From Candidatus Latescibacterota bacterium (GTDB lineage Bacteria > Latescibacterota > UBA2968 > UBA8231): DNA of 64,000 nucleotides. The notes under the pieces are model-generated. The model ran no database searches. It had not been told where the DNA came from and saw only the letters and a program-made list of their open reading frames with translations. Made by a program: the position numbers and the translations under genes. Location: NCBI GenBank assembly GCA_965243025.1, contig CBDETY010000003.1:4160001-4224000 (forward strand). The letters are read 5' to 3'. Numbering within the stretch: position 1 is the stretch's first letter; each line of letters starts with the position of its first letter. Shown here piece after piece: positions 19,884 to 29,884 of the stretch.

Positions 19884-21773
19884 ATGAGCGGCCCGGCCGG
19901 CAGACGCGACGAGATCCAATCCCTGTCCGACGCCAGGTCGCTGATCGATACCGTCGTTGCCGCCAGCCGCAGCGACCGGTTGAGCGATGAAGAGCGGGGA
20001 GGTTTCATCCGCCGGCTGCTGCTCAATCAGCCCCTGCAGTCCCGCCTCGAGATCCCGGAGGCCATCGACCTGTTGCTCTCGAAGGTGCCGGCCGGCGAGT
20101 GGGAGTCGACCTTCGGCAGGGCGGCAGGCAAGGTGTTGCCCCAGGTCGTCGTGGAGATGGTCGACACCGTCGCCGAGGTCGGCCACGCCGAGGCGCTCCG
20201 TCTCAGCGGCGGCGACCCGAAGACCCTCGTCGACATCCTGAAGAAGCTCGACAGTTACTTCCGCAGACTCGACGAGAGAACGCGATACCTGCGCGGCATG
20301 CGGGCGGTCTGCGTGCAGGCGGACGTCTACCGGATGTTGTCCGACCCGGATATCTGGCGGCGGAGAAAGGTCCCCCCGTTCTGCCTCGACAACCGCGCGA
20401 TCGCCTCCCTGAAGGAACGCAAGAGAACCGCCGAGCTTCCCGACGCCTACGAAGCGAGCATCATGGAGCTGCAGCGCCGCGACATGGCCGCCGGCCTGCG
20501 GGGAAACCGGCGGCCATCCAGACGCAGTTTCAGAGCGACTTCCATGGCGCCGGAGGATTTCGACAAGCTGTTCACCGTCGTCTCTCCCCTGCGGCTGGGG
20601 ATTTCCAGCGCCAACGCCTCGGACAACCACCTCCGCACCAAGGAACAGGGCGGCAAGACACTCAACGCGGGAATCGATCTGTGCGCCGACGATTCGGGCA
20701 GATGCAAGCCTCCCCTGACGGTGACGGCGCGGCGTCTCGAGGAACCGCGCCTGGTGTTGCGTTCCCTTTCCAAGGGGTTCGAAGCGGATTTCGAGATCAA
20801 CTCGCGCGGCGAACCAGCGGTCCAGAGCGACCTGTTCTTCGCCTATCGCCGCGGCGGAGACGAGTCTCTGCGCATGGTCAAGGAGGCGCTCGTGCACTGC
20901 GGGATCATCCCCCGGCGGACCAGGGACGTGGTGGGGGACGTATCGTACTTCGCAAGCGGCGGCGGGCTAGAAGTCGCAACCTCGAGCGCCGTTCTGCAGG
21001 GGTCCGGACTCGGCACCAGCAGCATCCTCGCCGCGGCCATTCTCAAGGTCTTCTACCGGATGACCGGTCACCCCGCCGGCACCGACGCAGGGGAATACCC
21101 CGACCTCTACGACCAGAGCGTCCTGCTCGAGCAGAGCCTCGGGCTCAACTCCGGCTGGCAGGACGCGCGCGGAGCCCGGGGCGGTACGAGTGCCGCCAAA
21201 GATCTGTACGCACCCCCGACCGACGGGCCGCCGGCGCCGGACATCACTTTCGTCGAGGTGGACGCCGACCGTTTCGCCGAACGCATCGTACTGTTCGACA
21301 CCGGCATTTCGCGCGCCGCTTCGCGTGGACTGAACGTCGTCCTCGCCGCTTACCTCAGGAGGGACCGCCACCGCTATTTCGCCTTGCGCGAATCGCTGGC
21401 GATCCACGACGATATGGTGGCCGCACTTCGCGACGGCGACTACGACGCCCTGGGGAGGATGGCGACGCGTTACTGGGAGCTGCGCTGCATTCTCGATCCC
21501 GAAGCGACCAGCCCCACCCTGCAAAACCTGTTCGCGGGGACCGCTGTTTCCGGCCTGTGCAGCGGCGGCATGCTGACCGGCGCAGGCGGCGGCGGTTTCG
21601 CCCTCCTCGTGGCGGCCGACGGCGCCGCGGATGACCTCAAGCGGGAACTGGGGAAACTGCGCGACCGGAGCTCTTTCGCCGCCAGCAGGGTGGTGGATTT
21701 CCGGCTCAACAGCGGCGGTCTGAAGCTGACCGAGAGCCATGTTTTGAAAACGGAGAGGACGGCAGAAACATGA
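19884..21773 (+). CDS. GHMP-family sugar kinase (fucokinase/HddA-like) with long unknown N-terminal region
   Basis: PLRLGIS, GSGLGTSSILAAA, EQ...SGWQD, GMLTGAGGGGF. Confidence 0.75.
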   Translation: MSGPAGRRDEIQSLSDARSLIDTVVAASRSDRLSDEERGGFIRRLLLNQPLQSRLEIPEAIDLLLSKVPAGEWESTFGRAAGKVLPQVVVEMVDTVAEVGHAEALRLSGGDPKTLVDILKKLDSYFRRLDERTRYLRGMRAVCVQADVYRMLSDPDIWRRRKVPPFCLDNRAIASLKERKRTAELPDAYEASIMELQRRDMAAGLRGNRRPSRRSFRATSMAPEDFDKLFTVVSPLRLGISSANASDNHLRTKEQGGKTLNAGIDLCADDSGRCKPPLTVTARRLEEPRLVLRSLSKGFEADFEINSRGEPAVQSDLFFAYRRGGDESLRMVKEALVHCGIIPRRTRDVVGDVSYFASGGGLEVATSSAVLQGSGLGTSSILAAAILKVFYRMTGHPAGTDAGEYPDLYDQSVLLEQSLGLNSGWQDARGARGGTSAAKDLYAPPTDGPPAPDITFVEVDADRFAERIVLFDTGISRAASRGLNVVLAAYLRRDRHRYFALRESLAIHDDMVAALRDGDYDALGRMATRYWELRCILDPEATSPTLQNLFAGTAVSGLCSGGMLTGAGGGGFALLVAADGAADDLKRELGKLRDRSSFAASRVVDFRLNSGGLKLTESHVLKTERTAET

Positions 21774-22537
21774 TGATGTCGGACAAGGCCGGATTCGTCG
21801 CCGGCGTTGCCAACCACCGCAGCATTTCCTGGGCGATCGCCCGGGCCCTCGACCGCGAGGGCGCCCGGCTGGTCCTCGGCTACCTCGGCGAGCGCGAGCG
21901 GACGGGCATCGAAAAGATCGCCGGCCAGTTGTCGGCCCCGCCGGTTCTCGTTCAGTGCGACGTCGGCGACGACCAATCGGTGGAGGCGGCCTTCTCACAG
22001 GTTTCAGGGGAGGTCGGCAAGCTCGATTTCCTCGTCCACGGGGTCGCCTTCGCCAACCGGGAGGATCTCGACGGCCGATACACCGACACCTCGCGGGACG
22101 GCTACCGCCTCGCCCTCGAGGTCAGCGCCTATTCGCTGAACTGTCTGGTGCGCGGCGCCGAACCTCTGATGACCGCAGGAGGGGGGGTGGTTGCCCTGAC
22201 CTACCTGGGCAGCGAGCGGGCGGTGCGCAACTACAACGTCATGGGGGTAGCGAAAGCCGCGCTCGAATCCGGGATTCGCTACCTCGCTTCGGAGCTCGGC
22301 GAGAAGAACATCCGCGTCAACGGGCTCTCCGCCGGACCGCTCAAGACACTGGCCTCGCGGGGCATCCGCGACTTCAACCTCATGCACCGCGCGCACGCGG
22401 AACGGGCGCCGCTGCGTCGCAACACCGACGTCGAGGAAGTAGCCGACGCCGCCCTCTTCCTGTGCAGCCACCTCAGCCGCGGCATCACGGGAGAGGTGCT
22501 CTATGTCGACGGCGGATACCGCATCATGGGGATATAG
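21770..22537 (+). CDS. fabI: Enoyl-ACP reductase
   Basis: GVANHRSISWAIA, SAYSL, LTYLG, YNVMGVAKAALE, SAGPLKTLAS; ATGA overlap with upstream kinase. Confidence 0.95.
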   Translation: MMMSDKAGFVAGVANHRSISWAIARALDREGARLVLGYLGERERTGIEKIAGQLSAPPVLVQCDVGDDQSVEAAFSQVSGEVGKLDFLVHGVAFANREDLDGRYTDTSRDGYRLALEVSAYSLNCLVRGAEPLMTAGGGVVALTYLGSERAVRNYNVMGVAKAALESGIRYLASELGEKNIRVNGLSAGPLKTLASRGIRDFNLMHRAHAERAPLRRNTDVEEVADAALFLCSHLSRGITGEVLYVDGGYRIMGI

Positions 22538-22621
22538 TTTCGAGCGCCGCTCGGAATCCCCTGATACGGAGCGCCCTGCATCGGCGAAGCCGTTGCCCGG
22601 GTGGCTCCCCGGGTTCTCCGG

Positions 22622-23296
22622 CTACAGGTCGAGGGCTCGCAGCTGCCGCAGACTGCGCCGTCCCCACCGCCGGCCGGTGCGCTCGAGGGCCTCGAGATGA
22701 TCGCGCAGAAAAGCGGCGTCGGCCGCTGTGTCGACGTCGTACCAAGGAGGCAACAGCGCCAGGTCGAGGCCGGCGGCGGCCTCCAGGGTCTGGCGGAAAA
22801 CCCGGCTGCTGCTCCACTCGATGTTGCGGAACAGGCCCCTGTTGAGTTGGCGTTGTCCGACGAGGTAATAGCCGCCGTCGCTGCACGGGCCCAGCACCAG
22901 TTCGCGAGTGCGCAGCAGGTCGAACGCCCGGTCAATCAGCTCCGGTCCCAGGGACGGGCTGTCCGAGCCCAGGACCACGGTCCGGTCGGCGCCGCGCTCG
23001 AAGCTGTGCTCGAACATGACCTCGATCCGGTTTCCCAGGTCGGTGTCCGGTTGGGGAACGAAATCGAAGGCCGCGGCCTGAGAGCCCAGCATCTCCCGGA
23101 AGGCCTCCGCTGCCGCTGCGGGTGAACAGGCGATCACCTTCCTCGCCGCGGTCGTCGCCGCTGCGGTCTCGGCGCAGTCGAGAAGAAACGACCGGTAGAG
23201 ATCGGCTGCCTGGGGGGCGCTCAGCCGCGGCTGCAGCCTGGTCTTCACCTCTCCTGCGACCGGGAGTTTCGCGAACAGAATGACGCAGGTACACAT
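22622..23296 (-). CDS. TIGR04282/DUF2064 family glycosyltransferase-like protein
   Basis: FAKLPVAGEVKTRL, QPDTDLGNR, GSDSP, LGPCSDGGYYLVG, YDVDT. Confidence 0.88.
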   Translation of the reverse strand: MCTCVILFAKLPVAGEVKTRLQPRLSAPQAADLYRSFLLDCAETAAATTAARKVIACSPAAAAEAFREMLGSQAAAFDFVPQPDTDLGNRIEVMFEHSFERGADRTVVLGSDSPSLGPELIDRAFDLLRTRELVLGPCSDGGYYLVGQRQLNRGLFRNIEWSSSRVFRQTLEAAAGLDLALLPPWYDVDTAADAAFLRDHLEALERTGRRWGRRSLRQLRALDL

Positions 23297-23365
23297 GCCG
23301 GCGAATTGTACACCGCCTGCCGACCCCCGTCCAAGCAGCGGAGTGCGAAACCGCAACGATTCCGG

Positions 23366-24355
23366 ATGAGCGTCGATCCACAGGACCTGTACGATCTGCT
23401 GCGGCGGCGTCCCGGCGAGTACTACCCTGCCGACGATGTCTGCGCTCGCCTGTCCTGCACATCCGGGGAGCTCGAGGAAATGCTCGAAACCCTGGAACAG
23501 GCCGGCGCAATGATGGCCGCCGACCCCGGCCTGGGAATGCGGCTGACCGGAATACCGGAGCGGCTGGCCCCGGTCGAGATTCGCCATCGCCTCGGAACCG
23601 CGACCTTCGGGCGCCGCGCCGTGGTGAAGGAGCGCGTCGCCTCGACGAACGACGTCGCCGCCGGACTCGCCGCCACTTTCCCGGCCGGCACCGTCGTCGC
23701 CGCCGAATCGCAGTCCCGGGGGCGGGGCCGCCGCGGCCGCCGATGGCTGGCCGAGCCCGGAAGCAGTCTCCTGTTTTCCGTGATCCTGCCGCATGCCCCT
23801 CCGCCGGTCGCGCACAGTCTGCTGGTCGCCGGGGCCGCCGCCCGGGCGCTGATCCGGGAATGCGGGGTGCCGGTTCGGGTCAAGTGGCCGAACGACCTGG
23901 TTGTCGTCGAGGGGTCGAATGCCGGCGACAGCGGCCCCGGGATGCGCAAGCTGGGCGGGGTGCTGTGCGAGCTGCGCAACGGAGCGGCGATTGCCGGGGC
24001 AGGCCTCAACGTCAACCAGGAGCGGTTTCCCGCGGGTCTGCCTCTGGCGGTATCAGTCCGCCAGTTCACGGGCCGAACCTGGAATCGCAATCTGCTCCTG
24101 AACCGGATCCTGAGGGAACTGGAAGTGGAATACAGGTTGGCCTCCGAGGCCGGGCCTGATGAAACGGCAGAGCGGATGCGGCAGCTGTCGGTCACCCTGG
24201 GGCGCCGGGTCGCGGTCTCGACGGAGTCCGGCAGTGTGACCGGAACCGCGACCGACCTGCGGGCCGACGGCAGCCTCGTGATCGAAAGCGATGACGGCGC
24301 CCGCCACCGGCTGCTCACCGGGGACGTGACACCGGCGGCTCACGCCCCGCCTTGA
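23366..24355 (+). CDS. birA: Biotin-protein ligase with N-terminal wHTH-like region
   Basis: STND, QSRGRGRRGRRW, KWPNDL, KLGGVLCE, GLNVN. Confidence 0.93.
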   Translation: MSVDPQDLYDLLRRRPGEYYPADDVCARLSCTSGELEEMLETLEQAGAMMAADPGLGMRLTGIPERLAPVEIRHRLGTATFGRRAVVKERVASTNDVAAGLAATFPAGTVVAAESQSRGRGRRGRRWLAEPGSSLLFSVILPHAPPPVAHSLLVAGAAARALIRECGVPVRVKWPNDLVVVEGSNAGDSGPGMRKLGGVLCELRNGAAIAGAGLNVNQERFPAGLPLAVSVRQFTGRTWNRNLLLNRILRELEVEYRLASEAGPDETAERMRQLSVTLGRRVAVSTESGSVTGTATDLRADGSLVIESDDGARHRLLTGDVTPAAHAPP

Positions 24356-24436
24356 CTCCCGATGGGGCGCCGGTAGTTTGTGCAGTCCGCCGTCCTGTCC
24401 CGAGGCCGCTGACCCCACCGGGCGATAGATTGGAAG

Positions 24437-24934
24437 ATGCTCAGCGCGGAACTGCTCCTGAACCAGATCAAAACCCACGGAGTGACTCACGTCGTCGGGC
24501 TGCCGGACAACGGCTCCCGGGCGTTGTTCGAAGCGCTGTGGGAGGAGCCGACGATCGACGTGATCAACGTCAGCCGCGAAGGAGAGGCCTTCGCCCTCGC
24601 ATCGGGCCTCTACCTCGGCGGCCGGAAACCCCTCGTCGCCATCCAGAACACCGGATTCCTCGAAACCGGCGACGCCTTCCGGGGAACGGCGTTCAACATG
24701 GGGATCCCCCTGGTAATGATCCTCGGGTACCGGGGCTTCGGGACCATGGCTCCCGGGGCGGAGCGAGTCGATACCGCGGCGACCTTCTTCGAGCCGACTC
24801 TCAAAGCCTGGAACATCCCCTACTCAATGCTCTTCGAAGACGCGGAAATCGAGCCGGGGTTGCGCTCAGCTTTCTCGGGGGCGGAGTCGACCTCGTTGCC
24901 GGCCGCCGTCCTTCTCGGCGTGGATACGGGATAA
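24437..24934 (+). CDS. ThDP-dependent decarboxylase alpha subunit (sulfopyruvate/phosphonopyruvate decarboxylase-like)
   Basis: GLPD, SREGEAFALASG, IQNTG, GYRG, EPTLKAWNIPY. Confidence 0.8.
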   Translation: MLSAELLLNQIKTHGVTHVVGLPDNGSRALFEALWEEPTIDVINVSREGEAFALASGLYLGGRKPLVAIQNTGFLETGDAFRGTAFNMGIPLVMILGYRGFGTMAPGAERVDTAATFFEPTLKAWNIPYSMLFEDAEIEPGLRSAFSGAESTSLPAAVLLGVDTG

Positions 24935-24947
24935 AACGCTGCGGCCA

Positions 24948-25514
24948 ATGCTCGACAAGTACGAATGCCTGCGAAAGCTGGCTGCCCGCCGCGGTCCGGG
25001 TGACGTGGTCGTTACCACCATGTCGGTGGCCTCGCCGTGGGAGGGTATCTCCGACGGCCCGCTCGATTTCGCCTCCGTGGACAGCGCCATGGGGCACGCT
25101 GCGGACTTTGCCTACGGCCTGGCCATCGCCCAGCCCGGGCGCCGCGTTATCACCCTCAACGGCGACGGCAGCACCCTCATGTGCCTCGGAACCCTGGTGA
25201 CCCTGTCGCAGCAGCCGGCTCCGAACTACACCCTCGTGATAACCGAGAACGGAACCTACGAAGTGACCGGGAATCAGCCGGTGCCCGGGGCGGGAACCGT
25301 CGATTACGAGGCGATCGCGCGCGGCGCCGGGTTGACGCAGGTCTACACCCTTGCCGACGAGGCCGACTTCGACGACAAGCTGCCCTTGCACTTCACCGCC
25401 GAGGGGCCGGCGGTGTTCGTGTGGAAGATCGAGCCGGCGGAGGAACCGGTGCCGAGGCCGAGCCGGCCGATCCGGGAACGAGCCCGGCGGCTGCGCGACG
25501 CCCTGGCGGAGTAG
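24948..25514 (+). CDS. ThDP-dependent decarboxylase beta subunit (ComE-like)
   Basis: SAMG, ThDP motif GDGSTLMCLG...ENGTYEVTGNQP. Confidence 0.82.
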   Translation: MLDKYECLRKLAARRGPGDVVVTTMSVASPWEGISDGPLDFASVDSAMGHAADFAYGLAIAQPGRRVITLNGDGSTLMCLGTLVTLSQQPAPNYTLVITENGTYEVTGNQPVPGAGTVDYEAIARGAGLTQVYTLADEADFDDKLPLHFTAEGPAVFVWKIEPAEEPVPRPSRPIRERARRLRDALAE

Positions 25515-25549
25515 CCCCCGGCTTCGGCGATTCCCCCGGAGTCCCCTCC

Positions 25550-27016
25550 TCAGAAAGCCTTCTTGCGGTAACGCTGGGAGTTGATGCCGAGCTGGTCGCG
25601 ATACTTCGCCACGGTCCGGCGGGCGATCCGCAGACCCTCGCCGGCGAGCCTGTCGGCGATTTCCTGGTCGCTCAAAGGCTCGGCCTTGTCCTCTTCGCCG
25701 ACCAGGGCCGCGATCTTTTCCTTGACGCTGCGCGCCGACACGTCCTCGCCGTCTTCGCGGTGGACCCTGCCGTCGAAGAAATACTTGAGCTCGAACACGC
25801 CGTGGGGGGTCTGCATGTACTTGCCGTTGCTGACCCGGCTGATGGTCGACACGTGCATGTCCACCGCGTCGGCGGCGTCCTGCAGCACCATCGGCTTGAG
25901 ATGGGCCGGTCCGCTTTCGAAGAACGGCAGCTGGGCGCGCACGATGTATTCGGCGACCTTGAGCATGGTCGCCCGTCTCTGGTTGATGGCGTTTATCAGC
26001 CAGCGGGCGTCGTTCAGCTTTCGCGACACGTAGGTGTGGAGCTCGTCCTTGCCCTTGCTCCTGCCGTCTCCGAGCAGGCCGACGTACGAGCTGTTGATCC
26101 GCAGTGATGGAAGGTTGCCGTCGGTGAGACTTACGACCCAGTCCCGCCCGGACTTCTCGACGATCAGGTCGGGCGTCACGAAGGGGTCCTCGGTGTCGAG
26201 AGTCAACAGCCCGGAATAGTCGTTCGCGCCGGCCAGGATCCCCGGGGAGGGGTGGAGTTTTTCGACGAGCTCCATCGCCGTTTTCAGGCCGTCGCTGGAT
26301 ATGTCGAGGGCCTTTGCAATGCGGGAAAAACGGCGCTTGCCGAGATCCTCCATGTGCTCCCGGACCATCTGCAGAGCCACCCCGGCCCCCTCTTCATCGC
26401 GGCGCTGCCGGAGCTGAATAAGCAGGCACTCGCGCAGGTCCCGCGCGCCGATTCCAGGCGGCTCGAAACCCTGAATCACCTCGAGGACGCGCTCGACCTC
26501 GATTTCGGGTACCTGAATCGCCTCGGCGATTTCGGCCGTCGTGCAGGTGAGGTAGCCGCGGTCGTCGATGTTGCCGATGATGAACTCGGCGATCTCGACA
26601 TCCCCGCCTTCCAGCTCGCTGACCGTCAACTGATCGAGCAGCTGATCGAGCAGCGGCTGAACCGTCGTGATGCGGTTCTCGCGCGGCTCGCGGTCCTGTT
26701 CCCAGTCGGGGTCGTACTCGCTGATTTCGTTGTTGTAGGAATTCCCCTCGAAGGAATCATCGAGGAGGGCGTCGAAGTTTTCTTCTTCAGGGTCCCCGGG
26801 CACCTCCTCTTCCTCTTTCAGGCCCTCTTCGACACTGTCCCCCTCATCCGTCTCCTCCTCGATGTCCAGGGTCTCTTCGAGCAGTGGGTTGATCTCCAAC
26901 TGTTGCTGAATCTCGAGCTCGAGCTCGATGGTCGACATCTGCAACAGCTGCAGCGACTGGATGAGTTGGGGAGCCATCCGTTGCTGGAGGTTCAGGTTTT
27001 GCGAAAAACGCAGCAT
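25550..27016 (-). CDS. rpoN: RNA polymerase sigma-54 factor
   Basis: Gln/Leu-rich region I, PPGIGARDLRECL, HVSTISRV, RpoN box ARRTVAKYR. Confidence 0.97.
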   Translation of the reverse strand: MLRFSQNLNLQQRMAPQLIQSLQLLQMSTIELELEIQQQLEINPLLEETLDIEEETDEGDSVEEGLKEEEEVPGDPEEENFDALLDDSFEGNSYNNEISEYDPDWEQDREPRENRITTVQPLLDQLLDQLTVSELEGGDVEIAEFIIGNIDDRGYLTCTTAEIAEAIQVPEIEVERVLEVIQGFEPPGIGARDLRECLLIQLRQRRDEEGAGVALQMVREHMEDLGKRRFSRIAKALDISSDGLKTAMELVEKLHPSPGILAGANDYSGLLTLDTEDPFVTPDLIVEKSGRDWVVSLTDGNLPSLRINSSYVGLLGDGRSKGKDELHTYVSRKLNDARWLINAINQRRATMLKVAEYIVRAQLPFFESGPAHLKPMVLQDAADAVDMHVSTISRVSNGKYMQTPHGVFELKYFFDGRVHREDGEDVSARSVKEKIAALVGEEDKAEPLSDQEIADRLAGEGLRIARRTVAKYRDQLGINSQRYRKKAF

Positions 27017-27129
27017 TTCCCGGTGCGGTCGCCAGGGGTGAAAAAACGAGGTAACTAAAAGTCCTGAAGTAGGTTAGGAGCATATCGCCCCGCCTTTTGT
27101 TCCGGGCTTTTCGGCAGTGTCAAGCCAAA

Positions 27130-27145
27130 AGGCACGGCATTTGCT
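27130..27145 (+). promoter_or_regulatory. Sigma-54 -24/-12 site on the strand opposite rpoN
   Basis: AGGCAC-GGCAT-TTGCT; GG at 27131-27132 and GC at 27143-27144 separated by 10 nt. Confidence 0.65.
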
Positions 27146-27157
27146 TATAGTAACCGG

Positions 27158-27895
<738 letters not shown>

Positions 27896-27898
27896 CGC

Positions 27899-29884
27899 TT
27901 ACTCCTCTTCCTCGGAAGGTGCGTAGCGGCCGTCGACACCGCCGCTGATCCTGACCTCCGCTACCCCTCCGGTGTCGTCGAGGAATATCTCCAGCTGCTC
28001 GCCGCTGACCTCGTTCACGAGGCCGTTCCCTTCTCCTGCGGCACCTGCACCATTGCCCCCGTTCCCCCCGTCGGGGCCGTTCACGTCCCGATCCGGCAGA
28101 CGCGTCCTGACCAGGGCGTTTCCCCGCGCCGACACCTGTCTCAGGACGGCAGTGGAGTCGAAATCGAGAACCATGCTGTCGGAGCGAAAACGGCTGGCCC
28201 CGCCAGACCCCGAATCGACGTGGGTGACCTCGGCCTCCCCGGCGAGTAGCACCCGCCTCAGCCGGCCGTTTTCCAGCTCCAGGCTGCCGCTTCCGGCCTG
28301 GAGCCAACTGCCGGTCTCGCCGTCCGCGGTTATCGACCCTGTCAGTGGAGAGGGGACCTCGACAGCATCGACACCGACGTCGCCGACGGCGACGCGCACG
28401 GAATCCGCCGTCATCTTCGCCGGGTTTCTTTGTCCATGTACCTCGATTCCGACCTGTCCCCCGAGGACGGCGGTGTCGGTGCCGGCGTCGTAGGTTCCGC
28501 GGCTGGAATTCAGGCGCACGCCGTCGGTGTCGATACGGAAGTCCCCCAGACCGGAAAGGCTGCGCGATCCGAGGTCGATCGACAATCTCTCCGCGGCGAC
28601 TTCGAGTGAACCGCTCGACTGTGAGAACCGGGGCTTGCCGTTGAGGAGAACCAGCTCCCGGGACAGATCGAGGTCGGCCCCGGCGGCGGTCACCGTGGCG
28701 CCGAAACCCGTCGACAACCGGACCGATGCAGCCGCGGTCAGGTGCTCGGCGGCGCGCTGGAAGTCGAGACTGTCGGCGTAAAGGGTGTCGTCTCCCGTGG
28801 AAAAGTGCGGCTGGCCTGTCGCAATGAAACTGTCTCCTTCGCGGCGGTGAACGAGATGCGAGGCCGACAGGCTGCGCCCCCCATCCCGCAGCTTCAGAGG
28901 CTGACCGGCCGCCTCCCAGCGGCGCCCGGCATCGAAGTCGACGAGCTCGGCGGCGGTCAGCCGGGTGGAGTCCTGCTCGACGACGACCGCTCCGCGGGCG
29001 ATGCTGTTGCGGCTGTCGAGCTCGATGTCGACCGCCCCGGCGCGCAAGGTGCGGAAGGAATCCCGCACCACGACCTCCTCCGACAGACTCAGCCGCCCCC
29101 CGTTCTCCCACCACGCCCCGCGGCCGGCCTGCAGCCGGCGGCCTTCGAACCGGACCCGGGGACTCTCGTACTCCGAGACGACACCCTCCTTCCCCCTCGA
29201 ACCGGATTCCCTGGCCGCCGACATCGCCACCTCGAATTCCTCGCCCGAGGGCCGCCTGTGCACCCACCTGCCTTCGACGTCGCTGAGAGACCAGCGCGAC
29301 AGATCCGACCTGGCAACCAGGCCCCTTCCCAGGGTCCGGCCCGATGCCGCGGTCAGGGAGGCGTCGCCGGGTACTTGCAGCTCCCCGGCTGCCTGGACCC
29401 ATTCCAGGGTGTCGGCGCGAAGGCTCAGGCTGTCGCCGCCTTCGGATTCGGCGGCGCGGAGGATCACGTCACCCGCCACCGCAAGCCGGGAGGTGCGGTA
29501 GTCGATGGTGAGCCGCCTGGCGGTCAGCCGCGAGATGGGCTGCAGGCCAATGGAATCGAAAAAGGCGATCTCGACTCCGTCCCTTACCGCGGCGGTCTGG
29601 CGCTCGCTGAAGTCCTCCAGGTAGGATGCCCGGACCGAGGCTCCTCCTGCCTGCCCGCGCAACTGCAGGGAGGCCCCCCAGGTCTCGCGGTCAGCCTCCG
29701 GAGGGTTCGGAACGGGAAAGTCGCCCTCGGGAGCTGCGCAGCCCCAGGCGACGAAGGAGAGCGGGAATGCCGGGTAGCAGAGCAACTGGCGGAGTCGAGC
29801 GGGAACGCTGCTGGAAAGCGCCGCGGCCCTTCCTGCGGCGCCCTTCCCTGGCGGGTTCACCTTACGAAGCGGCTGCCTTCGCAT
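27899..29884 (-). CDS. Large LptC/LptA(OstA)-like multi-beta-jellyroll protein, probable lipoprotein
   Basis: Upstream of lptB; hydrophobic stretch ending WGC; LptC-like FFD...SRLTA, VAGDV, LRADTLEW, GRGL; repeated LptA-like A.G.V/G.P motifs; start uncertain. Confidence 0.7.
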   Translation of the reverse strand: MRRQPLRKVNPPGKGAAGRAAALSSSVPARLRQLLCYPAFPLSFVAWGCAAPEGDFPVPNPPEADRETWGASLQLRGQAGGASVRASYLEDFSERQTAAVRDGVEIAFFDSIGLQPISRLTARRLTIDYRTSRLAVAGDVILRAAESEGGDSLSLRADTLEWVQAAGELQVPGDASLTAASGRTLGRGLVARSDLSRWSLSDVEGRWVHRRPSGEEFEVAMSAARESGSRGKEGVVSEYESPRVRFEGRRLQAGRGAWWENGGRLSLSEEVVVRDSFRTLRAGAVDIELDSRNSIARGAVVVEQDSTRLTAAELVDFDAGRRWEAAGQPLKLRDGGRSLSASHLVHRREGDSFIATGQPHFSTGDDTLYADSLDFQRAAEHLTAAASVRLSTGFGATVTAAGADLDLSRELVLLNGKPRFSQSSGSLEVAAERLSIDLGSRSLSGLGDFRIDTDGVRLNSSRGTYDAGTDTAVLGGQVGIEVHGQRNPAKMTADSVRVAVGDVGVDAVEVPSPLTGSITADGETGSWLQAGSGSLELENGRLRRVLLAGEAEVTHVDSGSGGASRFRSDSMVLDFDSTAVLRQVSARGNALVRTRLPDRDVNGPDGGNGGNGAGAAGEGNGLVNEVSGEQLEIFLDDTGGVAEVRISGGVDGRYAPSEEEE

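Noticed and set aside
22622-23296. Arsenosugar biosynthesis cluster around the TIGR04282-like gene
   Set aside because: No partner glycosyltransferase, ArsS radical SAM or ArsM gene is adjacent.
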